Part shown: in pieces, positions 25,429-33,295 of the stretch
Numbering within the stretch: the stretch's first letter is position 1
Layout: every line of letters starts with the position of its first letter
From: Deltaproteobacteria bacterium
GTDB lineage: Bacteria > Myxococcota_A > UBA9160 > UBA6930
NCBI GenBank assembly: GCA_029261775.1
Contig: JAJDAR010000298.1
Span: forward strand, 1 to 47,257
Direction of reading: 5' to 3'
DNA length: 47,257 nucleotides
The notes under the pieces: model-generated
Told to the model about the DNA's origin: nothing
What the model saw: the letters and a program-made list of their open reading frames with translations, nothing else
Databases searched by the model: none
Made by a program: the position numbers and the translations under genes

Positions 25429-26403
25429 TCAGGCGGCGAGGCGGGCGGCGACGCGTTCGGCGTGGGTCGGGATGGTGCCGAAGGCGTTCTCGAGCACGAA
25501 GGTGCGCTTGAGGTAGTAGTGCGGGGGCAGCTCCCAGGTGTAGCCCATGCCGCCGTAGATCTGGACGCACTTGCGCGCGTTGTGCATGGCCGCCTCGCCG
25601 GCGACCACCTTGGCCGAGGAAACGGCGCGTACGACGTCGCCGACGGTCGGATCGTCGAGGGTCGCGCCCGCCGCGTAGACCGCGTAGCGCGCCTGGCTCG
25701 CCTTCACGTAGCAGTCCGCCAGGAGGTGCTTGATCGCCTGGAAGGAGCCGATCGGGCGGTCGAACTGCTCGCGGGTCCTGGCGTATTCGGTGGCGTAGTC
25801 GAGGGTCAGCTCGGCGATGCCGAGCATCTGCGCGGCGGCCAGCAGGGCACCCTCCACCGCGAAGCGCTCGGCGTCGTCGGCCCCGGCGATTCGCTCGCCC
25901 TTCGGCAGCTCCGAGACGTGGAGCATCGGCGTCAGGGGGTCGAGCGGGATGCCGACCGGCCGCCCCTCGAGGCTCGTCGCTTCCACGCGATCGATGCCGT
26001 CGCTCCTCAGCAGGAGCAGCACGTCGAGGTCCGCTCCGTACTCGACCAGGAGCGGGTCCGAGCTCGGGTGCGTGAGATCCAATCCGCCGACCACGGTCTC
26101 GCCGGTCGCCGAGCCAGCGACCAGGGAGGCGGCGAGGTGGCTCCAGATCAGCGGGCCCGGCACCAGCCGCCGGCCGAGCTCCTGGAAGGCGATCGCTGCC
26201 TCGACCATGCCGAGCTCCACCCCGCCCTCGGCCTCGGGCAGGCGCAGCGCGAACACGCCCATCTCGGCGAGCTCGCTCCAGGCTTCGCGCGTGAACGGCT
26301 GCTTCTCGATCTCCGGCACACGGTCGAACCCGTACCGGCCCTCGACGAAGGACCGCAGGCCCTCCTGCAGCGCGAGCTGGTCTTCGTTCGGCTGGAAGTC
26401 CAC
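25429..26403 (-). CDS. Acyl-CoA dehydrogenase, short beta-type subunit
   Basis: YA.TREQFDRPIGSFQAIKH, GGMGYTWE...H.YLKR; no SEP..GSD motif. Confidence 0.9.
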   Translation of the reverse strand: MDFQPNEDQLALQEGLRSFVEGRYGFDRVPEIEKQPFTREAWSELAEMGVFALRLPEAEGGVELGMVEAAIAFQELGRRLVPGPLIWSHLAASLVAGSATGETVVGGLDLTHPSSDPLLVEYGADLDVLLLLRSDGIDRVEATSLEGRPVGIPLDPLTPMLHVSELPKGERIAGADDAERFAVEGALLAAAQMLGIAELTLDYATEYARTREQFDRPIGSFQAIKHLLADCYVKASQARYAVYAAGATLDDPTVGDVVRAVSSAKVVAGEAAMHNARKCVQIYGGMGYTWELPPHYYLKRTFVLENAFGTIPTHAERVAARLAA

Positions 26404-26421
26404 GGAGGCTCCTCGCCGCGC

Positions 26422-27615
26422 CTAGCGCGGCTCCTTGGGCAGCTTGAGGATGCGTTCGGAGATGATGTTTCGCTGGATCTGCGAGCTGCCCGCCGCGATC
26501 GTCAGCGAGAGCGTGTTCAGGAACTTGTCGACGATGCGCTCGCTCGGGAGATCCGGGCCCACGTCCTCGCGCACCAGACCGGCGCGGCCGAGCAGCCGGG
26601 TGCCGGTCTCGTAGATGCGCTGGTTCAGCTCGGTGAAGCCGAGCTTGATCGCCGAGCCGTCGAGACCCGGAATGCCGGTCTTCGCCGTCTCCGAGATCGA
26701 GAACTTGATCCACGCCCAGAGTGACTCGACCTCGGCGGAGAGGTGACCGATCTCCTGACGCAAAGCCCTGTCGTCCCAGGCCGCCGCGTCGTCGCGGGTG
26801 ATGCGTTTGGCGAGCCGCGCCAGCTCCTCGAGGAAGCTCTGCAGCTCGATGATGTCCGCAGCCCAGGCGCTGCCCCGCTCGAAGCGCAGGGTGACGTTCG
26901 TGATGCGCCAGCCGTCGTTCTCCGCGCCGACCAGGTTCTCGGCGGGGATCCACACGTCCTGGAGGAAGACCTCGCTGAAGTCGATCTCCCCGAGCAACGT
27001 CGGCAGCGGCCGGATCTCGATCCCGTCGAGATCCATGGGCATGATCATCCAGCTGATGCCGCGATGCTTCGGCGCGTCGGGGTTGGTGCGCACCAGCAGC
27101 TCGCAGTACTCGGCCGCATGGGCGAAGGAGGTCCAGATCTTGTGGCCGTTGACCACGTAGTGGTCGCCGTCGCGCACCGCCGTCGTCGAGAGGGAGGCCA
27201 GATCGGACCCGGAGTTCGGCTCCGAGAAGCCCTGGCACCAGACCTCCTCGCCGCGCAGGATCCGGGGCAGATGGGTGGTCTTCTGCCGCTCGTCGCCCTC
27301 GGCGATCACGGTCGGGCCGCCATGGCGGATGCCGACGAAGTTCATGCCGATGTAGGGCGCCCGCGCCCGGGCCATCTCCTCGTAGTAGACGAGCTCCTCG
27401 GTGAGGGTGGCGCCGCGCCCGCCGTACTCCTTGGGCCAGTTGACGCCGGCGTAGCCCGCATCGAACAGCTTGCGCTGCCAGCCGGTGTCGTACTCGCGCC
27501 GCGCCGCCCAGTCCTCGCGACCGGGCGGATCCCCGTGCTTCGGGACCTCCTCTGCGAACCAGTCGCGCAGCTCGCGGCGGAACTTCTCGTCGGCTTCGGA
27601 GTATCGGAGATCCAC
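26422..27615 (-). CDS. Acyl-CoA dehydrogenase, alpha-type subunit
   Basis: WCQGFSEPNSGSDLASL, NGHKIWTS.A, KHRGIS, TLRFERG, TIAAGSSQIQRNII.ER.L.LP.EP. Confidence 0.93.
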   Translation of the reverse strand: MDLRYSEADEKFRRELRDWFAEEVPKHGDPPGREDWAARREYDTGWQRKLFDAGYAGVNWPKEYGGRGATLTEELVYYEEMARARAPYIGMNFVGIRHGGPTVIAEGDERQKTTHLPRILRGEEVWCQGFSEPNSGSDLASLSTTAVRDGDHYVVNGHKIWTSFAHAAEYCELLVRTNPDAPKHRGISWMIMPMDLDGIEIRPLPTLLGEIDFSEVFLQDVWIPAENLVGAENDGWRITNVTLRFERGSAWAADIIELQSFLEELARLAKRITRDDAAAWDDRALRQEIGHLSAEVESLWAWIKFSISETAKTGIPGLDGSAIKLGFTELNQRIYETGTRLLGRAGLVREDVGPDLPSERIVDKFLNTLSLTIAAGSSQIQRNIISERILKLPKEPR

Positions 27616-27620
27616 GGCAT

Positions 27621-27650
27621 TACGATACTCCGCGTATCGTTATTGAGCAA
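27621..27650 (-). promoter_or_regulatory. Sigma70-like promoter TTGCTC-N17-TATCGT with overlapping palindromic operator ACGATAC-N5-GTATCGT (27622-27640)
   Basis: Minus strand reads TTGCTC aataacgatacgcggag TATCGT aatgcc GTG; same palindrome as at 6560-6578. Confidence 0.75.
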
Positions 27651-27663
27651 GGGCGAGAGCCGC

Positions 27664-28500
27664 TCAGCCCAGGTACGCCGCGTAGTCGTCGAGAACCGGC
27701 ATCACCTCGTCCCGCGGCCCCGACGGGATCCGCAACGCCACCTCGGTCATCCCGTTCTCGGCGTAGTACGCGAGCTTCGCCTCGTCGGGAAACACCCCGA
27801 ACGGAACGAAGTGCAGCGCCGCGAAGTCGCGCTTCGCCTCGTCCATCGCCCGTCGCAGCGCCTCGAGGGCCTGCTTCATCCCGGCCCCTCCGATCGGCAT
27901 CCAGCCGTCGCCGTACTCGGCGATCTGGCGGAAGAGCGTGGGGCCCGGTGCGCCGCCCAGCAGGACCGGCGGCCGCGGCTGCTGCACGGGCTTGGGCCAC
28001 ATCCAGCTCGGCTCGAAGCGCACGAACTCGCCCTGGTAGGAGGCCTCCTCCTTCGACCACAGCTCCTGCATGGCCAGCATCACCTCGCGCACGTGGGCAC
28101 GGCGACGCTTCGGGTCGATGCCGTGGTTCTCCATCTCCTCGTGGTTCCAGCCGAAGCCGATCCCGAGCACGAAGCGGCCCCCGGAGATCCAGTCGATGCT
28201 GGCGATCGTCTTCGCCAGGGCGATCGGGTCGTGCTGGGCGACCAGCGCGATGCCGGTGCCGAGCCGCAGCCGTTCGGTCACCGCGGCAGCCGCCGCCAGG
28301 GCCACGTAGGGGTCGGGGCTGCGGCGATACTCCTCGCCGAGGGTGGGCGTCCCGGTGGGTGCCGGCGTCCGGCGGCTCGAGGGGATGTGGGTGTGCTCGG
28401 GCAGGTAGAGCGAGTGGAAGCCGCGGGCCTCCGCCTCCCGGGCCAGATCCACGGGGGACATGGCGAGGTCGGTGGCATGGAAGGCGAGACCGATCTTCAC
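27664..28500 (-). CDS. LLM-class F420-dependent oxidoreductase (Rv2161c/TIGR03619-like)
   Basis: EHTHIP.SR.TP, DP.VAL..AAAVT, LAK.IAS.D..SGGR..LG.G.GWN.EE, PKP.Q.P.PP, GDGW.P. Confidence 0.9.
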   Translation of the reverse strand: MKIGLAFHATDLAMSPVDLAREAEARGFHSLYLPEHTHIPSSRRTPAPTGTPTLGEEYRRSPDPYVALAAAAAVTERLRLGTGIALVAQHDPIALAKTIASIDWISGGRFVLGIGFGWNHEEMENHGIDPKRRRAHVREVMLAMQELWSKEEASYQGEFVRFEPSWMWPKPVQQPRPPVLLGGAPGPTLFRQIAEYGDGWMPIGGAGMKQALEALRRAMDEAKRDFAALHFVPFGVFPDEAKLAYYAENGMTEVALRIPSGPRDEVMPVLDDYAAYLG

Positions 28501-28606
28501 GGCGAACCTCGGGTGACAGGCCGTCGGGCGGGCGGGATCATTGGCCGAAGCCGACCCGACCGCAAGCGGACCCCGCCCCTGCCTGACGCCCGGGGGTGGA
28601 GCTATC

Positions 28607-28620
28607 TAGAACATGTTCTA
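28607..28620. promoter_or_regulatory. Perfect 14-bp palindrome TAGAACATGTTCTA matching the KstR operator consensus TnnAACnnGTTnnA
   Basis: AT-rich palindrome in the divergent intergenic region between the LLM gene and the IOR gene. Confidence 0.7.
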
Positions 28621-28658
28621 ATTTTCGCCTGCCGCGCCCCGCGGCCCCGGGAGACCCC

Positions 28659-31600
28659 ATGCCCCCCGTCGATCGGAGCTACGAGCTCGCGCACCGCTAC
28701 ACCCGGCAGCGCGGGCGGGTCTACCTGAACGGGGTGCAGGCCCTGGTGCGGCTTCCGCTGCTCCAGAAGGCCCGCGACGAGGCCGCCGGCCTCGACACCG
28801 CCGGCTTCATCTCCGGCTATCGGGGCTCGCCGCTCGGCACCTACGACATGGCGCTCTGGCAGGCCAAGGACCTGCTCGAGGCGAACGCGATCCGCTTCGA
28901 GCCGGGCGTGAACGAGGACCTGGCCGCGACCGCCGTCTGGGGCACCCAGCAAGCCGCCCTCCACCCGACCTCGCGACACGATGGGGTGTTCTCGATCTGG
29001 TACGGCAAGGGCCCGGGCGTCGACCGCTCCCTCGACCCGATCAAGCACGGCAACTACATGGGAACGGCGCGCCACGGCGGCGTGCTCGCCTTGTGTGGCG
29101 ACGACCCGGGCGCGAAGTCGTCCTCGATCGCCCACCAGAGCGAGCAGGCCCTGATCCACGCAGGCATTCCGATCCTCAACCCGTCGAACGTCCAGGACTA
29201 CCTCGACCTCGGCCAGTACGGCTTCGCGCTGTCCCGCTACTCCGGTTGCTGGGTCGGCTTCAAGTGCCTCACCGACACCGTCGACAGCGGCGCTTCGGTC
29301 GAGGTCGACCCCGACCGTGTGCAGCTCGTCGACCCCGACTTCGCGTTTCCCGACGCGGACCACCACGTCACGATGACCAACACCCTGGTGCTGATCGAGA
29401 CGCAGCTCTACCAGGTCAAGCTCCCGTCCGCGCAGGCCTTCGTGCGCGCGCACGGCCTCGACCGGGTGATCTGGGCCGGCGAGCGCAAGCGCCTCGGGAT
29501 CGTGACGACCGGCAAGGCCTACCTCGACGTGCGCCAGGCGCTGGCCGAGCTCGGCCTCGACGAGGGGCGCGCCGCAGAGCTCGGGCTGGCCCTCTACAAG
29601 GTCGCGATGCCGTGGCCGCTGGAGCCCGAGGGCGCGCGCGAGTTCTGCGCGGGGCGCGAGGACGTGCTCGTCGTCGAGGAGAAGCGACCGATCGTCGAGG
29701 AGCAGCTCGCCCGGCTGCTCTACAACCAGTCCCAGCGGCCCCGGCTGCTGGGCAAGCGCGACGAGCAGGGAGCTCCCCTGCTCTCGGAGGTCGGCGAGCT
29801 CGCACCCGCCGCCGTGCGCGAAGCCATCCGCAGCTGGCTCGTCTCGCGCATCCCCGAGATCGCCTCCTCCCTGCGGCCGGCACCGGTCCCTGCGCTGGTG
29901 GCGTCGCCGGGCCAGCTGACCCGGCTGCCGAGCTTCTGCTCCGGCTGCCCGCACAACAGCTCGACGGTCCTGCCCGAGGGCTCGACCGCGATGGGTGGCA
30001 TCGGCTGCCACGGCATGGCCACCTTCTTTCCCGAGCGACGCACCTACGGCGCGACCCACATGGGTGGTGAGGGCTCCAACTGGATCGGCCAGGCCCCGTT
30101 CATCGACATGCCCCACGTCTTCCAGAACATGGGCGACGGAACCTACTTCCACTCGGGGCTGCTCTCGATCCGCGCCTGCGTGGCCGCGGACGTCAACATC
30201 ACGTTCAAGATCCTGGTCAACGGCGCGGTCGCCATGACCGGCGGCCAGCCGATCGAGGGCGAGCCGATGGACGGCGAGATCACCTGCCCGGAGATCGCCC
30301 GGCAGCTCCTGGCCGAAGGCGTGAAGCGGGTCGTCGTGCTCTCGAACGAGCCGGACAAGTACGAGCGCGGCGCCTTTCCCAAGGGCGTGAGCATCCACGA
30401 CCGGGCGGAGCTGATCGCCGTGCAGAAGCAGCTCCGCGAGAACCCCGGCGTGACCGCGCTGCTCTACGACCAGACCTGCGCCGCCGAGGCGCGCCGCCTG
30501 CGCAAGCGCGGCGAGTTCCCGGACCCCGATCGGCGCATCGTGATCAACGAGCTGGTCTGCGAGGGCTGCGGCGACTGCAGCGTGCAGTCCAACTGCATCT
30601 CGATCGAGCCGGTCGAGACCGAGTTCGGTCGCAAGCGTCGGATCAACCAGTCCTCCTGCAACAAGGACTACTCCTGCCTGCAGGGCTACTGCCCGAGCTT
30701 CGTCTCGGTCGAGGGCGGTCGCTTGCGCCAGGCCGAGACCGAGACCGTGGGCGCGAACGAGCGGGGCCTGTTCGACGGACTGCCCGAGCCCGAGCTTCCG
30801 GATCTGGAGACCCCCTTCAACGTGCTGGTCGCGGGGATCGGCGGCACCGGCGTGGTCACGATCGGGGCGGTGCTGAGCATGGCGGCCCACCTGGAGGGCA
30901 AGGGCGCATCCGAGCTCGACGTCACGGGACTGGCGCAGAAGAACGGCCCGGTCACGAGCCACGTCCGCATCGCGGCCCGCCCCGACGCACTGCATGCCAC
31001 CCGCATCGGTGTCGCGGGCGCGGACACGGTGATCGGTTGCGACCCCGTCGTCACCACGAACCCCGAGAACCTGCCGAAGATCGCGACGAACACGACCGTC
31101 GTCCTCAATCGCCACGTCGCACCCACCTTCGAGTTCGCGCTCAATGCCGACCTCGACCTGTCGTCGCAAGGGATGGAGGAAGCGGTGCGCCAGGCCGCCG
31201 GCGAAGCCAACGCGCACGTCGTCCCCGCCACCGAGTGGGCCACGGCGCTGCTCGGGGACGCCATCGCGACCAACCTGTTCCTGCTGGGCTTCGCCTGGCA
31301 GCTCGGGCGCATCCCGGTCAGCCGGGAGTCCCTCGATCGGGCGATCGAGCTGAACGGTCGGGCCGTGGAGCTCAACCGAAGGGCCTTCGCCTGGGGGCGG
31401 CTGGCGGCGCATGATCCCGCCGCCGTCGAGCAGCGCGTGAAGCCCTTGCTGCGAGGTGCCGAGACCGCACCGGCGCAGCAGGATCTCGAATCCCTGATCG
31501 CGACGCGCGTCCCTTTCTTGACCGACTACCAGAGCGCCAGCTATGCCAGGCGCTACGAGCGGCTCGTTCGCCAGGTGGCCGAGCGGGAGCACGCGACGAC

Positions 31601-32132
31601 GGGCAGTGACGACCTGGCGCGCGCAGTGGCCCGCTACTACTTCAAGCTCCTGGCCTACAAGGACGAGTACGAGGTCTCGCGCCTCTACACCGACGGCGCC
31701 TTCCTGGAGCAGATCGAGCAGCAGTTCGAGGGCGAGCCCAAGTTGTCCTTCCACGTGACGATGCAGTTCGTCCCCGAGTGGCTGATCAAGCGGGACCCGG
31801 ACACCGGCCGCTCGCCCAAGTGGACCTTTCCGAAGGGCTTCATGGTCGCGGTGTGGAGGACCATCCGCGCCTTCAAGTTCCTGCGCGGGACCCCCTTCGA
31901 CCCCTTCGGTCGCACGGCCCACCGCAAGATGGAACGCCAGCTGATCGTCGACTACGAGAAGACCGTCGAGGAGCTGCTCGAGGGGCTGGACCGCGAGACC
32001 CTGCCGATCGCCGTCGAGATCGCCTGCCTGCCGGAGCTGATTCGCGGCTACGACACCGTCAAGGAGCGCCATTTCGAAGAGGCGATGTCGAAGCAGCACG
32101 AGCTGCTCGACCTGTTCCGCCGGCGGTCCTGA
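28659..32132 (+). CDS. Indolepyruvate:ferredoxin oxidoreductase family protein (fused alpha-beta)
   Basis: SGYRGSPLG, NEDLAAT.VWGTQ, WYGKGPGVDR, FCSGCPHN, TPP motif GDGTY.HSG, ferredoxin CEGCGDC..C..C, G.GGTGV, GLAQK.G, AYKDEYEV.RL. Confidence 0.95.
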   Translation: MPPVDRSYELAHRYTRQRGRVYLNGVQALVRLPLLQKARDEAAGLDTAGFISGYRGSPLGTYDMALWQAKDLLEANAIRFEPGVNEDLAATAVWGTQQAALHPTSRHDGVFSIWYGKGPGVDRSLDPIKHGNYMGTARHGGVLALCGDDPGAKSSSIAHQSEQALIHAGIPILNPSNVQDYLDLGQYGFALSRYSGCWVGFKCLTDTVDSGASVEVDPDRVQLVDPDFAFPDADHHVTMTNTLVLIETQLYQVKLPSAQAFVRAHGLDRVIWAGERKRLGIVTTGKAYLDVRQALAELGLDEGRAAELGLALYKVAMPWPLEPEGAREFCAGREDVLVVEEKRPIVEEQLARLLYNQSQRPRLLGKRDEQGAPLLSEVGELAPAAVREAIRSWLVSRIPEIASSLRPAPVPALVASPGQLTRLPSFCSGCPHNSSTVLPEGSTAMGGIGCHGMATFFPERRTYGATHMGGEGSNWIGQAPFIDMPHVFQNMGDGTYFHSGLLSIRACVAADVNITFKILVNGAVAMTGGQPIEGEPMDGEITCPEIARQLLAEGVKRVVVLSNEPDKYERGAFPKGVSIHDRAELIAVQKQLRENPGVTALLYDQTCAAEARRLRKRGEFPDPDRRIVINELVCEGCGDCSVQSNCISIEPVETEFGRKRRINQSSCNKDYSCLQGYCPSFVSVEGGRLRQAETETVGANERGLFDGLPEPELPDLETPFNVLVAGIGGTGVVTIGAVLSMAAHLEGKGASELDVTGLAQKNGPVTSHVRIAARPDALHATRIGVAGADTVIGCDPVVTTNPENLPKIATNTTVVLNRHVAPTFEFALNADLDLSSQGMEEAVRQAAGEANAHVVPATEWATALLGDAIATNLFLLGFAWQLGRIPVSRESLDRAIELNGRAVELNRRAFAWGRLAAHDPAAVEQRVKPLLRGAETAPAQQDLESLIATRVPFLTDYQSASYARRYERLVRQVAEREHATTGSDDLARAVARYYFKLLAYKDEYEVSRLYTDGAFLEQIEQQFEGEPKLSFHVTMQFVPEWLIKRDPDTGRSPKWTFPKGFMVAVWRTIRAFKFLRGTPFDPFGRTAHRKMERQLIVDYEKTVEELLEGLDRETLPIAVEIACLPELIRGYDTVKERHFEEAMSKQHELLDLFRRRS

Positions 32133-32145
32133 GGCGGCGCGGGCT

Positions 32146-32769
32146 TCAGCGCACCCAGGGCAGCACGCGGGCGCGCAGCCGCTCGGAGAGGCCCGGCGTC
32201 ACGTCCTCCTCGAAGTCATCGATGCCGAAGGTGAGCTGCAGCTCGCCGGGCGCGTGCTCGATCGAGAGCAGTCGCGTCTCCTCGGTGAGCGGCGGCAGGG
32301 GCAGGTAGGTCCGGAACAGCGAAGCCACGTAGTTGGGCACGCCCATGATCGAGGCGCGCCGCGGCTGCAGCACGAACCAGCCTCCCACGACCTGGAGCCC
32401 GGCTTCGATCTCTCCCACCGGGAAGCCCGCGATCTCGGTGTGGACCGAGAGGCTCCGCGAGCCCAGCTCCAGACGGAAGGGCAGCCGGAAGCGCTTGACC
32501 CACGCGTCGACCGCAGATTGCCCGACCGCCACCACGACCCGCGGTCGCTTGACCGCGATGTGCGCCGGCAGGCCCGGGCTGAAGCTCGCATGGTCGGCGA
32601 GCACGACCACGCGCTCGAGCGGCAGCCAGGCCGTGGCGAGGCCCTGGAACTCGAGCCGTGGCCCGGCGAAGGAGCCCCGCAACGAGTCCGCCGTGCTTCC
32701 CTGCCAGCTCGCCCGGACCGGGCGCTTCAAGAAGGTGCTGGCGACGCTGTCGATCGCATCCGAACGCAT
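32146..32769 (-). CDS. Hypothetical protein (possible LmeA/DUF2993-like beta-rich lipid-binding fold)
   Basis: GGAG SD; last gene of the WS/DGAT operon; pattern of beta strands and a terminal LPL.PL...RL..IE....L.L segment. Fold assignment is tentative. Confidence 0.65.
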   Translation of the reverse strand: MRSDAIDSVASTFLKRPVRASWQGSTADSLRGSFAGPRLEFQGLATAWLPLERVVVLADHASFSPGLPAHIAVKRPRVVVAVGQSAVDAWVKRFRLPFRLELGSRSLSVHTEIAGFPVGEIEAGLQVVGGWFVLQPRRASIMGVPNYVASLFRTYLPLPPLTEETRLLSIEHAPGELQLTFGIDDFEEDVTPGLSERLRARVLPWVR

Positions 32770-32824
32770 GGCGCTCTCCGGCTCCGGTCCTTCGGCTGCG
32801 AGCGACCCGAGGTCGGGCCCGTGG

Positions 32825-33295
32825 CTAGCGGCGGCTCGTCTTTCGCGCCGTCTTCTTGCGTCCCGTGGTCTTGCGTGCCGTCTTCTTGCGTCCCGTGGTC
32901 TTGCGTGCCGTCTTCTTGCGAGCGGTCTTCTTGCGTGCCGTGGTCTTGCGTGCGGCCTTCTTGCGTGACGTCGTCTTGCGCCCGGTCTTCTTCTTCGCCG
33001 CGGCCTTGCGGGTGGTCTTCTTGCCGGCGGGCTTGGGCTCGACGGCCTTCTCCAGCCGGCGGATCAGCTTGGCCGCGTCGCTCCGGACCTGGCGCTCCAG
33101 GCGCGCCCAGCGTGCTTCGCGCTCGGCGCGGGCCTGCTCGACCTGCTTCTGCAGCGACTTCAAGTTGTTGCGGAGGTCGCGAACCAGGGTGCGTGCGTTC
33201 GAGGGCAGCTGGCGCTCCAGGTTGCGCAGCGTGTCTTCCAGGCCTCGGTTGGCTCGCGAGGTCTTCTTGCGGGTCGCGCGTTGGCGGGCTGCCAT
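32825..33295 (-). CDS. Coiled-coil protein with histone H1-like Lys/Arg/Thr-rich tail (PhaF/MLDS-like architecture)
   Basis: Amphipathic heptad region (about aa 18-85) followed by about 12 RK(K/T)T(A/G)-type pentapeptides; ATG overlaps the WS/DGAT stop (TGATG). Confidence 0.85.
   Translation of the reverse strand: MAARQRATRKKTSRANRGLEDTLRNLERQLPSNARTLVRDLRNNLKSLQKQVEQARAEREARWARLERQVRSDAAKLIRRLEKAVEPKPAGKKTTRKAAAKKKTGRKTTSRKKAARKTTARKKTARKKTARKTTGRKKTARKTTGRKKTARKTSRR
32847..33023. repeat. 15-bp coding tandem repeat (about 12 degenerate units)
   Basis: gccgtcttcttgcgt / cccgtggtcttgcgt units encoding the basic pentapeptide tail; includes an exact 30-bp duplication. Confidence 0.9.

Noticed and set aside
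28609-28618. GAAC..GTTC read as a LexA (Cheo) box
   Set aside because: The spacer is 2 nt rather than 4; the site fits the KstR-type TnnAACnnGTTnnA instead.
28602-32099. 1165-aa antisense ORF mirroring the IOR gene (similar long antisense ORFs at 22569-25406, 44298-46820, 11583-13694, 26743-28728)
   Set aside because: These are shadow frames of GC3-biased genes. They have no recognisable motifs, and the opposite strand carries clear family signatures.
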